From Chthonomonadales bacterium (GTDB taxonomy: Bacteria > Armatimonadota > Chthonomonadetes > Chthonomonadales > Chthonomonadaceae): a stretch of DNA of 28,883 nucleotides. The notes below the pieces were generated by a model, which worked only from the letters and a program-made list of their open reading frames with translations, was not told where the DNA came from and ran no database searches. The position numbers and the translations under genes are program-made. The stretch covers positions 1 through 28,883 of the forward strand of contig JBBQPO010000044.1 of NCBI GenBank assembly GCA_038217285.1, given 5' to 3'. This document shows positions 17,322 through 27,672 of the stretch, piece by piece (within the stretch, counting starts at the first letter, position 1; each line of letters begins with the position of its first letter).

Positions 17322-18150
17322 CTACTTAGGAACGGCGGGAGCGACAGCATCGTTATTCCCGGTCATCGCGACGGGGGCGATCTGGGATTGGGCCGGTTCC
17401 GAGGCAGTTTCTTCTTCAACTACCGCGTCGTTGTCCTCACAGGCGACTACGCGCAGAGTGGCTTGGTGCTGGTGGAGGAAACTTTCCAGGGCGTCGCCGA
17501 GATTGCTCAGCAGATGCCAACGATCCGCCACCTGTTGTGCGTCTGGAGCTCCGTCTCGGGCTCCCGCAGCGTACCCCTCGGCACGGTCGCGGCTGAGGAT
17601 CTCGACGCCCGGATGGGCGAGCAGCCAGGTGGTCAGGCTCTGTGCCGACCGATCCGGCAGGAGGTCGATCACGACATGACGCTCTAAGTCGTAGAGGATG
17701 GTGCCGTAGTTACGTCCCCGGCGCAGGGCGAAATCATCCACCCCCAAGACGGTGGGAGCTGTCACCGCAGGGTCAGGAGCGGCGCGTACCAGGCGCAGGA
17801 GGGTCATGCGATCCGTGTGCATTCCGAGCGTCTCCGCGAGACGACTGCCGGGTCTACCGCCTTCTGCCCGTGCGATGGCGGCCAGGCTCTGGTTCATCCG
17901 CCGCGTGCGACGGGCAGAGGACGCGGCGAATTCGCCCAGGCGTTCACAGAAGAGCTTGATCCTACATCGGGGCGATGTGCAGCGGAAACGGCGAATTCGC
18001 CCAGGCGTTCACAGAAGAGCTTGATCCTACATCGGGGTGATGTGCAGCGGAAACGGCGGACCCGCATGTGCGCGACGATGGCCCGCCCAACGCAGGGCAG
18101 ATCGCGCAGGGTGCGCTGGTACCGACTATGCACTCGGTTGGAGTAGCGGC
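17322..18150 (-). mobile_element. Degenerate ISL3-family transposase fragment
   Basis: SNRVHSRYQRTLRDLP...RRFRC...C...FCERL; LGVDDFALRRGRNYGTIL, LLPDR, SRDR, QVADRWHLLSNL; both ends missing; frameshifted by a tandem duplication. Confidence 0.9.
17924..18058. repeat. 65-bp tandem duplication within the ISL3 transposase
   Basis: 17924-17988 repeats at 17989-18053 with one mismatch (C17973/T18038); CGGCG microhomology at the junctions. Confidence 0.95.
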
Positions 18151-18699
18151 CATCATCAAAAGTGTGCCAGAACCCTCTTTCAGCGGAATGCGCAAAAGAT
18201 GGTAGAAGAGACCCCCGGCATTCGCCTGCGCTGGCACAGTCGGCGCGAGTTGAGCTTTCATCCCGAGGAGTGGGACGTTCCTGCCTTACAGTACAGCGGA
18301 GGAAAAGACGCCCCGGCGCTCATCTTCCAGTTTCATATTCACAACAGTTCGACGGAGATAAAACTGCTGCTTGAGTTGCGTCGCGCCTCCGAAGAGCGCA
18401 GGCGTCCGCTCTTCGATATGCCTATGCGGTATGGCGCACCGTTCAGATCACAGAGAGGAAAATTAACACACTGGAACGCACTCTATTCCAAAACTATCAT
18501 CTCCAGATAACAGATGCCCCAGTTAGAGCCATCCGAAATCATTCAAGAAGTGCACAAGTAGTGGAGTCTCTTCCTGGATAACGACCTGCCCGTTATGAAG
18601 AAGGCGTTGGAAGCGCAAGCCTGGATATGGGAAACGCAGACGACCGATCAACTGGAAAGCGGTACCATGGAAGATCAAGAAACAGGCGAAGAAAATGAG
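18151..18699 (+). pseudogene. 3' remnant of a gene resembling the C-terminal region of PD-(D/E)XK nuclease family proteins
   Basis: One frame SFHPEEWDVPAL...LIFQF...WNALYSKTII*...*WSLFLDNDLPVMKKAL with stops at 18508 and 18559; family assignment is from recalled resemblance only. Confidence 0.5.
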
Positions 18700-19506
18700 A
18701 TCGGCGGCGATGACCGCCCGATCCGCGTCGAGGATGCGCTCGCAGGCGATCCCGGCCTGCGCTTCGATATGGTATTGACCAACCCGCCTTTCGGCAAGAA
18801 GAGCAGCATCACCATCGTCAACGAGAGCGGCGACGAGGAGCGCGAAACGCTCACCTACTACCGCGACGATTTCTGGGTCACTACCAGCAACAAGCAGCTC
18901 AACTTCGTTCAGCACGTCAAGACCCTGCTCAAACAGAACGGACGCGCGGCCGTTGTCGTGCCGGACAACGTTCTCTTCGAGGGCGGAGCGGGCGAGACCG
19001 TGCGGCGCAAACTGCTGCACGAGTGCGACGTCCATACCCTCCTGCGGCTTCCGACCGGCATCTTCTACGCGCAGGGCGTCAAGGCGAACGTGCTCTTCTT
19101 CGAGCGCAAACCGGCTTCGGAGACGCCCTGGACCAAAACGCTCTGGGTCTACGATTTCCGCACCAACAAAAACTTCACGCTCAAGACCAACCCGCTGAAA
19201 CGCGCCGACCTGGACGAGTTCGTGGCCTGTTACCATCCCGAGAACCGGCACGAACGCACGTCCACCTGGAGCGCGGAGACTCCCGAAGGCCGCTGGCGCA
19301 GCTACAGTTACGAGGAACTCCTTCAACGCGATAAGGTGAGCCTGGACATCTTCTGGCTGCGCGACGAGAGCCTGGAAGACAGCGCCAATCTGCCGGAACC
19401 CGACGTGCTGGCGACCGAAATTATGGACGACCTCCAGACCGCCCTCGAACAGTTCTCCCTCATCGCCGCCGACCTGGACGCCAACCGCCTGACCCTGACG
19501 CCCTGA
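18700..19506 (+). pseudogene. hsdM: Type I restriction-modification methyltransferase (HsdM), C-terminal half only
   Basis: FDMVLTNPPFGKKSS, SNKQLNFVQH, GRAAVVVPDNVLFEGG, TLLRLPTGIFYAQGVKANVLFF, SLDIFWLRD; HsdM N-domain and SAM-binding motif I (DPACGTGG) are absent; no hsdS or hsdR nearby. Confidence 0.87.
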
Positions 19507-19623
19507 GCCTTGAGGCGCAGAGGGAACCGAACAAAGACCTGAGCGGCAGGAATCCAGGGAGCCTCAGTGGAACGTGGAGGCAGCGCTGCACTCTATGCAA
19601 GGGGGCGAAGGAGGGGCCGGACG

Positions 19624-21177
<1,554 letters not shown>

Positions 21178-21196
21178 CAAGGCTTCCCTCGCTGCA

Positions 21197-21634
21197 CTGA
21201 AATCGGGAACGGGTACAGGGCTTTCTGCGGCGTGGCTCATCGCGGGAATGCATTCTAAAGCAAGTCTTATCAGCGTCGATAACGATGCGCTGTCCAGTGC
21301 CATCGCACAAACGCACCTGGGCAGCGACCCTCGTGTCACTTTTTATGTCGAAGAGGGTGGACTGTTTTTGGAGCAGTTGCGTGGGCAAACATTCGACATG
21401 ATTTTTGCGGACACATGGCCAGGCAAATACACACATTTAGAGGAAGCTCTGGACCTGTTAGCAATCGGGGCAATCTACGTGATTGATGATATGCTTCCGC
21501 AATCAAACTGGCCCGAAGGTCATGCCGCGAAGGTATCTGCTCTCATTACACAATTAGAAAGCCGTGCCGACCTTACGGTGACAAAACTCACCTGGGCGAC
21601 CGGCATTATCATCTGCACCAAGATTTCACGCTGA
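21197..21634 (+). pseudogene. 5'-truncated class I SAM-dependent (O-)methyltransferase
   Basis: Upstream of ATG 21248 the frame reads LKSGTGTGLSAAWLIAG (degenerate motif I) with no start codon; then ISVDND, FDMIFADTWPGKY, YVIDDMLPQ. Confidence 0.75.
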
Positions 21635-21779
21635 AGGAAACGAACCCGGGCCAGTTATTACGCCCCGGCCAGCCCGGCCAATAACGGCGGAGCCCGAGAG
21701 AAACTTGCCACGTCCGTCGCTCTTCCACCGGACGGGCATGCCTCTGCCTTCCCTCTCTTCAGGACGCATGAAGAAGCCT

Positions 21780-21806
21780 CCGGCGGATTTCGCTTACATC
21801 CGCCGG
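21780..21806 (-). terminator. Hairpin downstream of the PEP-CTERM gene
   Basis: CCGGCGGAT-N9-ATCCGCCGG, 9-bp perfect stem; weak pyrimidine tail on the minus strand. Confidence 0.5.
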
Positions 21807-21843
21807 GCCGTCGTGCTATAATGGAGCTGTCTGCCTTACCGAG

Positions 21844-22518
21844 TTAGGGGCGGCGCGGGCGACGGCGCCTGATGATCCCGCTGCCGACGATGCCCAGACC
21901 CGCCAGCAGGGCGAAAGCGCCGGGTTCGGGAGTCACAGCAGCCCCCGCTGCCGTGAACTGGAACGTGCCGGCATCGTAGCGATCGGCCGGTCCGCCGTCC
22001 AGACGGGCGGGATAGGTGCCGGGACCACTGTCGCCGACACGGCTTACCCCGACGAAAGATATCAACCCGCCGCCTGTGTTGAGTACGGTTGGGTTGGCAC
22101 CTCCGAACGTGTTGAAGATGCCGTCCGTGGTATTGGGATCCTCGACGATGCTGCCCTGGAACCCGGCATTCAGGGTGATAGGCGTGACGAGATTGACGAA
22201 CCGGCTGCCGCCGATCAGCGTTGCAGACGTGCCTGCAGGGATGATTAGCGAGGCGACAGGCAACTGGGTGTTGCGATCCCAGATACGGATCGGAATGGCG
22301 AACGCCAGACCATCCTGATTAGAATCGAACACGCCCAGAGAGGTGATCTGGATAGGGGCATTGACATCGAAGTCCATGCCCAGTGGATTGGTGATAAATT
22401 GGGTGGAAACCGCTCCCGCAGGCACGGCATACGCGGTAAACTGCGCCTGTGCAGGCAGCGCGAAAACGGCGGACGAAGCCGCCAGCAGTCCGGCGAACCA
22501 TAGCGATCTGGGTGACAT
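21844..22518 (-). CDS. PEP-CTERM sorting domain surface protein
   Basis: Signal peptide ending AQA; beta-rich body (LGMDFDVNAPIQITSLGVFD); TPEPG + TM + RRRR; AAGGAGG upstream. Confidence 0.9.
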   Translation of the reverse strand: MSPRSLWFAGLLAASSAVFALPAQAQFTAYAVPAGAVSTQFITNPLGMDFDVNAPIQITSLGVFDSNQDGLAFAIPIRIWDRNTQLPVASLIIPAGTSATLIGGSRFVNLVTPITLNAGFQGSIVEDPNTTDGIFNTFGGANPTVLNTGGGLISFVGVSRVGDSGPGTYPARLDGGPADRYDAGTFQFTAAGAAVTPEPGAFALLAGLGIVGSGIIRRRRPRRP

Positions 22519-22569
22519 AATTTTCCTTTATTCCTCCTTGAGGCGCGCACATAGGTTATCAACAAGGCC

Positions 22570-22628
22570 AGTGTACGCGACTACCGTATGCGACAGCGTA
22601 TGCGAGAGGAGAGGAGATGCGTATTCCA
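22570..22628 (-). promoter_or_regulatory. Direct repeats plus -10 element upstream of the PEP-CTERM gene (putative SARP-type site)
   Basis: TCGCATACG twice (22597-22605, 22585-22593; period 12), degenerate copy at 22620-22628, then 9 nt and TACACT (22570-22575). Confidence 0.5.
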
Positions 22629-22758
22629 CGCGGAAAACACGGTTTTTTCGCTGGGATTGTGCACGTTGCGCCCAAATCGTATGCCTTTTACTTCGCGAAT
22701 TCGGCACTGGTGCGTCATTCGGGCCAGGGAATCCGGGCCGATCAGAGATAGGATGTGC

Positions 22759-25700
22759 ATGACTGAGGCGCGTTCCGAACCCCAACCCGAACTGCAAATC
22801 TCTCTGATGGGGCCGTTCGATGTGCGTATCGACGGCCGGTCGATGCCACGCGTTCGGTCTCGCAAAGAGCACTGGCTGCTCGCCCTGCTGGTTCTGCGGC
22901 ATGGCCGGGAAGTGAGACGGGACTGGCTGGCGGAGACGCTCTGGCCCGACAGCCGGATCGACCAGTCGCGCGCCTATCTAAGGCTGTCGCTCTGCCTGCT
23001 CAAAAAGGCGCTGGGGTCGCAGTCTGCGCGCCTGCAGTCCCCAACTGTACATTCGCTGCGGCTGGACCTGAGCGACGCCGAAGCCGATGTGATCGCGTTC
23101 GACGCCGCCATCGCGCGGGGCGACGCCGCATCTCTGCAGGCGGCTATTGCCCTCTACACAGGCCCCTTACTGGAAGGATGTGCCGAGGCCTGGGCCGAGA
23201 ATGAACGGCGCGTGCGGGAGCAAAGTTGGCTCGACGCCCTGGAGCAGCTTTCGGAGTTTGAACGCGGGCAGGGCCGTCTGCGCGAGGCGTGTACCCTGCT
23301 TCAGCGCCTGATCCGGTACGACCCTCTGCGGGAATCGGCGCACCGCGCGCTGATGGAACTGCTGGCCGATGACGGCGACTACGCGGCCATGACGACCGCT
23401 TATCGTGACCTGCGAATCCTGCTGCGAGAGGAAGCGAACGCCGATCCCTCCCCCGAGAGCGCCGCCCTCTACGAACAGCTTCGCTGCCGATCACAACGCA
23501 TGCCCGAGGTGCAGCCGTCGGAACCAGGACGCAAGCCCTCGCCACTGGAGGTCTCTTCGCGGCAGGCAAAGACAGCTTCGAACGCCGAGAGAGCTTCCCC
23601 CCCGCCTTCGTGCGTTCCCGGCGTCACGCCGGTCGTCCCTCTGCCGCGTCCTCTGACGTCGTTGATCGGGCGTCTGGAGGTGGTGCAGGAGATCGCCGGG
23701 TGTCTGCAGACCGCGCGCCTGGTGACACTGAACGGGCCCGGAGGGGTGGGAAAGACACGACTGGCGCTGCAGGTCGCGCAGGAGTGGTCGCAGCAAAAGG
23801 GGGACGTCTGGTTCGTCGAACTGGCGGCGCTCTCAGATCCGGCCTTTCTGGCTCAGGCGATCGCCACGACCTGCCAACTGGCCGAAGAGCCGGGAAGAGC
23901 GCAGCAGAAAACCCTGGAGCGGTATCTTTCCGACCATCCGAGCCTCCTCCTGGTTCTGGACAACTGTGAGCATCTTCTGGAGGCCTGTGCGGACCTGACA
24001 GGCCGCCTGCTGCGGGCCTGCCCCGACCTCCACCTCCTCGTGACCAGTCGGCAGGCCCTGGGAATCTCCGGGGAAGCCCTCTTTCCGGTTCCCACTCTGG
24101 AGATGCCGCCTGCCGCCCTGACATCGGAGAACAAGGCGGAGGCCGCCTGGCTCGACAGGCTTCGAGACTACGAGGCGATCCGGTTGTTCGAGGAGCGGGC
24201 AAAGGCGATAGCGCCCGCGTTCCGCCTGACCGGGCAGAATGCCGCCGCGATCCTGGAGACTTGCCGCTATCTCGACGGTATTCCCCTCGCCATCGAACTG
24301 GCCGCGGCCTGGATCTCCGTACTGACCCCCGAACAGATACTGGCACGACTGACAGAGCGCCGTTTCGATCTGCTGGTCAGCCGACGGCGCGATCCGGAGG
24401 CCCGTCATCGCAGCCTGTGGGCCACGCTGGACGCGAGCAGCCAGCTCCTGGAACCGTCACTGCGCCACTTCCTGGCGTGCCTCAGCGTGTTTCGCGGCGG
24501 CTGGACATTGGAAGCGGCGGAGGCCGTCTGCCTGCCTGCCCCCGTTTCCTCCGCGTCCCCCTCACGATCCGGAAGCGCGCTCGAATTTCTGGCGCTCCTC
24601 CAGGAGCGTTCGCTGATCCAGACGACCTCTGCCGACGGCACGATGCGCTACTCTCTGCTGGAGACGGTGCGGGAGTATGCCGACGAACTGCTCACGGCGG
24701 CGGAGCGAGAGGCCCTCTCGCAAGCCCATGCGGTCTGCTTCCTGGCGCTGGCCGAACAGGGGGCGCCCCACCTTATCGGCCCGCAGCAGGTGCGCTGGCT
24801 GGATCGGCTGGAAGAGGAACAGTACAATATGCGCGCCGCGCTGGGATGGTGCGCTCAACACGAAACAGAGGAGACAGAGACGGGCCTGCGGTTGAGCACG
24901 GCCTTATGGCGTTTCTGGGACGTGCGCGGTCATCATCAGGAAGGCAACGAGTGGATCTCCACGTTCGTAGCGCGGGATGACGAAGCGCCCATATCGATGC
25001 GTGCGCGTGGGCGAGAAGCGGCGGGACTGCTCTACGCCGGCATGCTGGACTCGGAACTCTCTCACCGGTGGAGTCTGGAGGCGCTGAAGATCTATACGGC
25101 CCTTCATGACAGGTTGGGCATCGCCCGTACGCTCTGCACCCTGGGAATTGCCGAAACAAACCTCACCCTCGTCGAATCAGGTCGGGCGCGTCTGCAAGCC
25201 TGCCTGCCTGTACTCGAACAGAGCGACGACGCCTACGAGCGGGGCCGCGCCCTGGGCGCCATGGGCATGCTGGAGCAGTACACCGGCGACTTTGAGAAGG
25301 CGAGGCCCCTGCTGCTACAGAGTGCGGACAGCTACCGCAGATGCGGGCATCTGCGTGGTGTGGCTTTGACTCTCTATCGCCTGGGTGGGGTCGCCATGAT
25401 GCACAGGCAGTTTTCCCGAGCCCAAAGCCTTTTTGTGGAAGCGCTCGCACTCTCCCGTAAGATGAAGGATCGGATCCCATTGCCTTTCGGGCTGTTCCAT
25501 CTGGGACGCAGCAGTGTTTTGCAGAACGACTATGCGAGCGCGCGCACCTATCTCAACGAGGCCATTGTGTGCAGTCGGTCTATCCGAAACAGCGCGGTGG
25601 AAGGCACCTGTCTCACGCTGCTGGGGGATATGGCTGTCCAGGAACAGGATGTCGCCGCAGGCCACGCGTTCTATGTCGCCGCATTGACTCCGTACGATCG

Positions 25701-26049
25701 ACCGGAAACCGGCGGTGGTGTGGCGGTGATCGCGGCCCGTCTCGCCGCCCTGATGTTGCGGCAGAATCAGGCCGCCGATGCCCTGCGTCTTTACGCCTAC
25801 GCCCTTCACAACTGTCCTCCCACCCGTTTGCAGCATCAGCCTCACCGGTTGCATCATCTGCCCCACGCGTTCCTATTCTACATGAGTCTCGGCTATATGT
25901 ACATCGACCAGGATCAGGTCGAAACGGACCTTTCCACCCTGCGTCTTCTTCTGCCGGAGGAGTTCGAATCGATCTGGGAGGAGGCGCAAACGATGTCTCA
26001 GGACGATGGAATTCTCGCCATGCGCAGCCTCGCCCCACCGCTCTCCTGA
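22759..26049 (+). CDS. AfsR/SARP-like regulator: wHTH + BTAD + STAND (NB-ARC-like) NTPase + TPR repeats
   Basis: LMGPFDV...LAETLWP; LYTGPLLEG, DPLRESAHRALM (BTAD); GPGGVGKTRLA (Walker A), LLVLDNCEH (Walker B), LDGIPLAIELAAA, LLETVREYA; helical repeats at the C-terminus. Confidence 0.92.
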   Translation: MTEARSEPQPELQISLMGPFDVRIDGRSMPRVRSRKEHWLLALLVLRHGREVRRDWLAETLWPDSRIDQSRAYLRLSLCLLKKALGSQSARLQSPTVHSLRLDLSDAEADVIAFDAAIARGDAASLQAAIALYTGPLLEGCAEAWAENERRVREQSWLDALEQLSEFERGQGRLREACTLLQRLIRYDPLRESAHRALMELLADDGDYAAMTTAYRDLRILLREEANADPSPESAALYEQLRCRSQRMPEVQPSEPGRKPSPLEVSSRQAKTASNAERASPPPSCVPGVTPVVPLPRPLTSLIGRLEVVQEIAGCLQTARLVTLNGPGGVGKTRLALQVAQEWSQQKGDVWFVELAALSDPAFLAQAIATTCQLAEEPGRAQQKTLERYLSDHPSLLLVLDNCEHLLEACADLTGRLLRACPDLHLLVTSRQALGISGEALFPVPTLEMPPAALTSENKAEAAWLDRLRDYEAIRLFEERAKAIAPAFRLTGQNAAAILETCRYLDGIPLAIELAAAWISVLTPEQILARLTERRFDLLVSRRRDPEARHRSLWATLDASSQLLEPSLRHFLACLSVFRGGWTLEAAEAVCLPAPVSSASPSRSGSALEFLALLQERSLIQTTSADGTMRYSLLETVREYADELLTAAEREALSQAHAVCFLALAEQGAPHLIGPQQVRWLDRLEEEQYNMRAALGWCAQHETEETETGLRLSTALWRFWDVRGHHQEGNEWISTFVARDDEAPISMRARGREAAGLLYAGMLDSELSHRWSLEALKIYTALHDRLGIARTLCTLGIAETNLTLVESGRARLQACLPVLEQSDDAYERGRALGAMGMLEQYTGDFEKARPLLLQSADSYRRCGHLRGVALTLYRLGGVAMMHRQFSRAQSLFVEALALSRKMKDRIPLPFGLFHLGRSSVLQNDYASARTYLNEAIVCSRSIRNSAVEGTCLTLLGDMAVQEQDVAAGHAFYVAALTPYDRPETGGGVAVIAARLAALMLRQNQAADALRLYAYALHNCPPTRLQHQPHRLHHLPHAFLFYMSLGYMYIDQDQVETDLSTLRLLLPEEFESIWEEAQTMSQDDGILAMRSLAPPLS

Positions 26050-26063
26050 CGTCAGGAGAGCGG
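26038..26063. terminator. Perfect 26-bp palindrome between convergent genes
   Basis: CCGCTCTCCTGACGTCAGGAGAGCGG, overlapping the TGA of the SARP-like gene and ending 6 nt before the rtcB stop. Confidence 0.55.
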
Positions 26064-26069
26064 CAGCGG

Positions 26070-27422
26070 TCAGTCTACGCCTTTGAGGGAGGCGATAGGC
26101 GTCAGGGTGTAGGCGATGCGGGCGAGACCGGCGTCTACGACCGCGCCGACGACCTCCTTCGCGGACTTGTAGCAGTTGGGCGACTCGTCGATGGGGACGT
26201 TGCCGCCCGCGTTGACCATCACGTTCAGCTTCTGCATCTGCGCGTTGACTTCCTTCTGGCTGTACTGCTTCTTCGCCGCAGAGCGCGAGAGACGCCGCCC
26301 ACACCCGTGGTTGACCGAGTAGAGACTCTTCTCTGCGCCCGGCTGAGCGTAGAGGATATAGCTCGTGTCTCCCATGCTCCCCGGAATCAGGATCGGATGG
26401 CCGGTTTCCTCCCACTTCGTGCCTTGCAGCATGGGATGGCCTGCCGGGAACGCGCGAGTCGCGCCTTTGCGGTGAATCCAGGCTTTTCCGCCCAGCGTCG
26501 GCGCCTCTTCCTCCTGCACCAGATTGTGGCTGATCTCGTAGACGAACTCCGGCTCCTGTCCGAACACCTTCTCGAACACATCGCCGACACTCTTCCAGAT
26601 CAACAGACGGTTGGCGATGGCGAAGTTACCGCCCGCCGCCACCGCGTTGCGATAGCCGTCGTAGAGCGGCGTACCCGGCTCGAAATAGACCGCTTCGGCC
26701 CCGCCCCGCACGTCGATGCCTTGCTTTTGCAGATACTCCTTGCCCTCCGCGATGAAGTGCGTCGCGAGGCCGTGCCCGAAGCCGCGCGAACCTGTATGCA
26801 CCATCACCCACAGATGATCGTGCTGATCGAACTGCAGCTCGATAAAGTGGTTTCCGCCGCCAAGACTTCCGAGCTGGCTGATACCGCGTCCGAAAGCCTT
26901 CTTGGGAATGTCCCAGGTATCGTCCACCGGAATGAAGTCGCGTTCGGAGTTTTCGCGCGGAATCCCGAGCGCACTCGCCCCGTGCCGCACGATCTCTTCG
27001 AAGCGACGGTCATCGACGGGATACCGGCCGCCGTGCCCCGCTCCCATCCCGATCTGCTCCATCACCCGCTCGGAAAACCGCTGACGCAGGGTGTCGCTGA
27101 AGCCCTTGCCTTTGCTGACCGTCGATCTGAACGCCATCATGCCGCAGCCGATGTCGAAGCCGACTGGGGCCTGGCAGAGGGTGCCATTGGTCGCGATGAC
27201 GCAGCCGACCGGGACGACATAGCCCGTATGCACATCTGGCGTGATGACGACTTCCTGCACCCCCGGAAACTGCGTGGCCGCAACGATCTGCCGATAGATC
27301 TCCTCTTCGCTCTCCTGAAACAGCTTCTTCGAGAGGAACAGACGCACCGGCACTTTGACGCCTTTCTTCATCTCATAATAACGCCCTTTGGCGTTCCATT
27401 CGCAATCCGATTTCAAACTCAT
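26070..27422 (-). CDS. rtcB: RNA 2',3'-cyclic/3'-phosphate ligase RtcB
   Basis: PDVHTGY, GFDIGCGM, LGSLGGGNHFIE, VHTGSRGFG, SHN, HRKGAT, PGSMG, NHGCGR, DESPNCYK; GAGGAG RBS. Confidence 0.96.
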   Translation of the reverse strand: MSLKSDCEWNAKGRYYEMKKGVKVPVRLFLSKKLFQESEEEIYRQIVAATQFPGVQEVVITPDVHTGYVVPVGCVIATNGTLCQAPVGFDIGCGMMAFRSTVSKGKGFSDTLRQRFSERVMEQIGMGAGHGGRYPVDDRRFEEIVRHGASALGIPRENSERDFIPVDDTWDIPKKAFGRGISQLGSLGGGNHFIELQFDQHDHLWVMVHTGSRGFGHGLATHFIAEGKEYLQKQGIDVRGGAEAVYFEPGTPLYDGYRNAVAAGGNFAIANRLLIWKSVGDVFEKVFGQEPEFVYEISHNLVQEEEAPTLGGKAWIHRKGATRAFPAGHPMLQGTKWEETGHPILIPGSMGDTSYILYAQPGAEKSLYSVNHGCGRRLSRSAAKKQYSQKEVNAQMQKLNVMVNAGGNVPIDESPNCYKSAKEVVGAVVDAGLARIAYTLTPIASLKGVD

Positions 27423-27672
27423 GGCTCTTTCTCCTCAACACGTTTACGCCCTATCGGCAACGCATGCACCTCTTATCGTTTCGGGCCGTGTCTTGCTATA
27501 ATTGTGGCAGCTTTCTCTTCCTGCATTTTTTCCTGTCTTTCTTTCTTCCTGCCTTTCTGCTCTGGCTTTTCCCACGTATGCTACAATAACGATATGTGCG
27601 ACACCGAGGAAACAGTTCAGGCATGGCACGGCCTGTCGGCAGACCGTACCCTTCATGCTCAGGAGAACAACG

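Noticed and set aside
17924-18058. 65-bp periodic repeat as a CRISPR array
   Set aside because: It is a plain tandem duplication of transposase coding sequence with no unique spacers.
18595-19506. Intact type I RM methyltransferase or functional RM system
   Set aside because: The N-terminal half and motif I are missing, and no hsdS or hsdR is present.
22588-22758. N-terminal extension of the SARP-like ORF as listed; similar over-long starts at 2621, 8055, 10331, 12060, 13804 and 27502
   Set aside because: Downstream starts have better RBSs and coincide with where domain or signal-peptide sequence begins.
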